Below, piece after piece: positions 60,763 to 64,000 of a stretch of 64,000 nucleotides of DNA; position 1 is the stretch's first letter, and every line of letters starts with the position of its first letter. This stretch comes from Candidatus Omnitrophota bacterium (GTDB lineage: Bacteria; Omnitrophota; Gorgyraeia; Zapsychrales; Fredricksoniimonadaceae): contig CAJARJ010000001.1 in NCBI GenBank assembly GCA_903944345.1, forward strand, positions 12,339 through 76,338, read 5' to 3'. The position numbers were made by a program, and so were the translations under genes. The notes under the pieces were generated by a model. That model worked only from the letters and a program-made list of their open reading frames with translations. It had not been told where the DNA came from and searched no databases.

Positions 60763-62511
60763 TTAGAATGACCTGATGCCCTTCATACGGATATCCATCT
60801 CTTCTGACTCAACTTCCTGGGCTTCGGGCGGCACACGCGTTGTGTGTCCGTCAAAGCCTTCGGGACCCCGTGCGGGAGCTGTCTGCCTGACCTGGTCAAG
60901 CCCATCCTCTATAAGACGCTCTCTGGTTTGCACAGACGCAATGTCCGGAGGAACAATATCGTCGGTTTCCAGCCCCTTGATCGGGACATCTCCGGGAATG
61001 ATTCTGGGTGTAATAAAAATAATCAGCTCGGTCTTTTTACGCTGCTTGCCTTTGGCTCCAAAAGCACTGCCCAGTACCGGCAGCCGGGAAAGAACCGGAA
61101 TACCTGTTGTATCTTCACGCTTGTCTTCCTTCATAAGGCCGGCAATCATGATCATGGTGCCATCCTTGACCTTGACCACGGTGGACGCCTCGGAAGTTTC
61201 CACAATCGGAATGCGGCTGCCCAAAGCAGTCGTAATAATCTCGCGCACCGAGCTGACTTCAGGCTTGATCTTGAGGACAACATAACGATCCTTGCTGATC
61301 GAAGGCTCGACCTTCAGCTTGACACCAACATCGGTAAACTGGATGTTTTCAGACGTGACTGTGGTGGAATCGCCCTGGCTGAGCGACTGGGTGACATACG
61401 CTTCGCGTGAACCAACCATGATACTGGCTTCCTGATTGTTGGTCACAGAAATCCGCGGTTGGGAAAGAACTTTGGTATCCCCGAGTGTTTCCAGAAACTG
61501 GATGGCGGCAGTGTATTTGTCGGACTCAAGAGAACCCACGGTGACCTTAAGCTGATCGGTCCCCAGACCGGGCGAAGGCGTAAACGAAGAAGCCAGCGGA
61601 AAGGTTCCCTCGACCTTGGCATTATCCAGAGAAGCCCCCATAATTTTCGACCAGTTGATGCCCCGCAGATATTCCTTCTTGAGTGTGACCTGGACTATTT
61701 CGCCTTCTATAAAAACCTGGCGAGTTGGTTCGTCAAAAGCGCGAACCATGGAGCGCACCTTGTCCATGCGCTCGGGCAGATCGGAAACAACCAGTTTATG
61801 CGAGCGCTCGTCAACATAGATTTCGCCTACTCCGGGGGTAAGCACGCCCGACAAAAGGGCTTTAACATCGGCCGGGACGGAATACTGCAACTCAAAGATT
61901 TCGACCTGAAGCGGGCGATCCAGACGCGCAATGGTTTCGGCAATGAGAGGCATCTTTTCGGGAATATCAATTACAAAAAGCGAGCCGGTGTTCTCGTCGA
62001 CCACAATCTTGCCGATGTCAGACTTGAGCTGACCCAAAGCCTCGAAAACAACCTGTGGCTTGGTGTAGGCCAGCTTGAAGAAACGCACCATACGCTTTTC
62101 GTTAAACTTCTTGCCGTAGGCACGCTCGTATTCGGAGGTAGTCATGACATTGATAATGCGGCCATTTTTTTCGTAAGCCAAATCCTGGCTGAACATAACA
62201 ACATCCAGCGCATCCTCGTAACTGAGATTGTTCAGATAAATGTTGATGCGGCCGGAAACGCTACGGGTGGGAACGATAGTAACTCCCATTTTAACCGAAA
62301 GGACGCGTAGAAATTCGTTTATGTCGATTCCCTTGAGATCCAGGGATATTTTCTGGTCGACAGAATTCTGATCGAGCAATTTCTCGACCGAAACCGCCGA
62401 AGGTCCGCCTTGTTCCGATGCTCCGGAAGCCCCCTGGGCCCGGATTGCCGGAGAAGGAAACGCAAGCGATACCGCCAGAACTGCTGGGATAACAAATGAC
62501 CGTCTGTTCAT
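60763..62511 (-). CDS. Secretin (GspD/PilQ family outer-membrane channel)
   Basis: Signal peptide, N-domains, C-terminal secretin domain (...VLSQPRISVTNNQEASIMVG...TELIIFITPRII). Confidence 0.9.
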   Translation of the reverse strand: MNRRSFVIPAVLAVSLAFPSPAIRAQGASGASEQGGPSAVSVEKLLDQNSVDQKISLDLKGIDINEFLRVLSVKMGVTIVPTRSVSGRINIYLNNLSYEDALDVVMFSQDLAYEKNGRIINVMTTSEYERAYGKKFNEKRMVRFFKLAYTKPQVVFEALGQLKSDIGKIVVDENTGSLFVIDIPEKMPLIAETIARLDRPLQVEIFELQYSVPADVKALLSGVLTPGVGEIYVDERSHKLVVSDLPERMDKVRSMVRAFDEPTRQVFIEGEIVQVTLKKEYLRGINWSKIMGASLDNAKVEGTFPLASSFTPSPGLGTDQLKVTVGSLESDKYTAAIQFLETLGDTKVLSQPRISVTNNQEASIMVGSREAYVTQSLSQGDSTTVTSENIQFTDVGVKLKVEPSISKDRYVVLKIKPEVSSVREIITTALGSRIPIVETSEASTVVKVKDGTMIMIAGLMKEDKREDTTGIPVLSRLPVLGSAFGAKGKQRKKTELIIFITPRIIPGDVPIKGLETDDIVPPDIASVQTRERLIEDGLDQVRQTAPARGPEGFDGHTTRVPPEAQEVESEEMDIRMKGIRSF

Positions 62512-62540
62512 AACGTTCAGAGCACAACCTCCGTCCTAGG

Positions 62541-63152
62541 TTACCTCAGATCCCACACTTTGCCGTTTTTTTCGATGACGACACTGTCTCTTTTTATTTC
62601 GTTGACCTTGAAATTGCCGATTGCATCGTTTCTGGCAACCAGATAAGTTTTTTGTTCCTGGACATTCTCAACCATAGCCTGAGGGGTATCAGACCAGAGA
62701 ATACCCACCAGTCTGAATTCCGCGATTTCCTCACGGTCGCCTATCACATCGCCACCCTCAGTCCGGGCTACCGGAACCAGAGAAAAAATATTTCTTTTCT
62801 TGAGCAGAAACTGAACTCTGGTGAAATCAGCACCAGCGGTCTTTTCGTATTTGATTCCGCTGCCAACCGGCGCCGTCTCGATCCGGCGTAAATCCTGTCC
62901 CGCTTTTTCGCTGGCATAAAGAAAATATCCGGCGAAAACAGCTGTAAGAACAATACAAAGAACGACGAGCAAGGGAATAAGCCCCTTGGTTTTCCAAGGC
63001 GCATTGGCCATCATAAGCGCCTTGCTGGAACGGAAGGAAATACTGCGAACCTGATCTGTGCCGACGGCAGCTGTCCGGCCTTCGAGACCCGGGGGCGGCT
63101 TGAGCGCTGACGCCTGCTTTTCTTCCTGCATTTTTGTTGTTCCCCGAAGCAA
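62541..63152 (-). CDS. Bitopic membrane protein, PilP/GspC-like candidate secretin-interacting component
   Basis: Single TM LIPLLVVLCIVLTAVFAGYFLY then a beta-rich periplasmic domain; immediately upstream of the secretin gene. Confidence 0.45.
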   Translation of the reverse strand: MLRGTTKMQEEKQASALKPPPGLEGRTAAVGTDQVRSISFRSSKALMMANAPWKTKGLIPLLVVLCIVLTAVFAGYFLYASEKAGQDLRRIETAPVGSGIKYEKTAGADFTRVQFLLKKRNIFSLVPVARTEGGDVIGDREEIAEFRLVGILWSDTPQAMVENVQEQKTYLVARNDAIGNFKVNEIKRDSVVIEKNGKVWDLR

Positions 63153-63262
63153 TGGCCAAGATCAAACAATGAACGCGCATTTATGATTCTCTCTTAGGTT
63201 ATATAAGCAATCGCTCCAGCACAAGAGATTTTCTTTTTTTTTATGTTCCTGTGTTGTGCGGA

Positions 63263-63985
63263 CTAAAACCGCCGGGCCAATCCGAGCCGCCCGCCAAGCA
63301 GCACATCCCTCCCGGTCAAGGGGCTTTTCCTGGCTCCGGCGCCCAGCCATTCGGTTCCAAGTCCGGTCATTATCACCCAGTTGCGGGATATCCCGCAGAA
63401 GAACGTTGTCCCGGCAAAAAAGTGTCCGGTCGTGCCTGCCCGGTACTCCGGCCGGTCGGGGCGCACTTCATCCGGCCTGACCCCGAAATAATAATCTTCC
63501 AGCCTGGCGGAATGCAGCCGACCGCCCGCAGAAAAAGACAAGCGCCAGTATTTCGAAATGAATTTCTTTTCCAGGCCAAGTTCGGCCGAAGGCCCCGCGT
63601 GCCGGCCGGAAATATCTGCCGCCACCTTGCCCTCCAGAAACAAATTCTGCGTAAAGGGCAGTTCGAGAGAGGCCCCCAACCCGGCATCAAAAGATTTCTC
63701 CCGGTCGTTCATCCCCTCCAAAGCGTCGCTGTCCCCGGCACTATAACCCATCATGCGTGGTGCCGCCAGAATCCTCAACTCCAGAGGTGCGCGATCATAA
63801 AAACGAAAAGACAATTCGGTGCCTTTGAGCGCGACAGGCCCCGCCGACCAGACGAACAGCGGCAGGATGAAAGTCTTGTTGTCCATTCCCTTGTACGGGC
63901 TGGCCGAAATGAAAGCCCCCAGGCCAAGCAGTCTAATCTCCTCGGCCAGAGACACACCGGAGACAAATAAAAGACCAGCCAACAT
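63263..63985 (-). CDS. MipA/OmpV family outer-membrane beta-barrel protein
   Basis: Short signal, alternating amphipathic beta-strand pattern, C-terminal ...GGRLGLARRF typical of MipA/OmpV; the true start may lie beyond the window edge. Confidence 0.7.
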   Translation of the reverse strand: MLAGLLFVSGVSLAEEIRLLGLGAFISASPYKGMDNKTFILPLFVWSAGPVALKGTELSFRFYDRAPLELRILAAPRMMGYSAGDSDALEGMNDREKSFDAGLGASLELPFTQNLFLEGKVAADISGRHAGPSAELGLEKKFISKYWRLSFSAGGRLHSARLEDYYFGVRPDEVRPDRPEYRAGTTGHFFAGTTFFCGISRNWVIMTGLGTEWLGAGARKSPLTGRDVLLGGRLGLARRF

Positions 63986-64000
63986 TATCGATGCCTGTAA

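Overview
This looks like a bacterial chromosomal segment, probably from an anaerobic, non-model lineage (it carries a flavodiiron protein and has a T2SS/T4P-like system with many pseudopilins). Almost everything is coded on the minus strand; only three genes (STI1-like, comM, Flp-like Cys-rich) are on plus. I found no rRNA, tRNA, CRISPR or obvious mobile element. Housekeeping genes I recognised are rlmN, accA, comM/yifB, rho, two ABC-F ATPases, ygiQ radical SAM, cspA-like, a DEAD-box helicase, an L,D-transpeptidase and a class A flavodiiron protein.

The outstanding feature is one uninterrupted minus-strand gene array (about 31.4-63.2 kb). A type II secretion / type IV pilus-like machinery is physically split by two unexpected inserts. 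On the 5' side are a PilP-like protein, a secretin and two tandem TPR/coiled-coil proteins. Next comes a 14.7 kb gene encoding a 4918-aa secreted giant protein, with Kelch-like propeller repeats, DUF2341-like and LamG-like domains and about 13 Ig-like GGE-W repeats. After it sit a compact, divergent F1Fo ATP synthase gene set lacking subunit a, in the unusual order epsilon-c-b/delta-alpha-gamma-beta; atpD overlaps the start of the T2SS ATPase gene. On the 3' side are gspE (with an MshEN-like N-terminus), gspF, a pilM-pilN fusion, pilO-like, two pseudopilins, gspK and gspG.

Other notable items:
- Three paralogous signal-peptide proteins (two in tandem, one 10 kb away) share about 350 aa of N-terminal domain and a short C-terminal GGIDL-containing tail, with unrelated middles.
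- The Rho factor appears to lack the whole N-terminal RNA-binding domain.
- A 523-aa cysteine-rich protein carries an Flp-pilin-type class III signal.
- A receiver/PilZ overlapping gene pair is present.

All calls are from reading the translated ORFs; I ran no database search.
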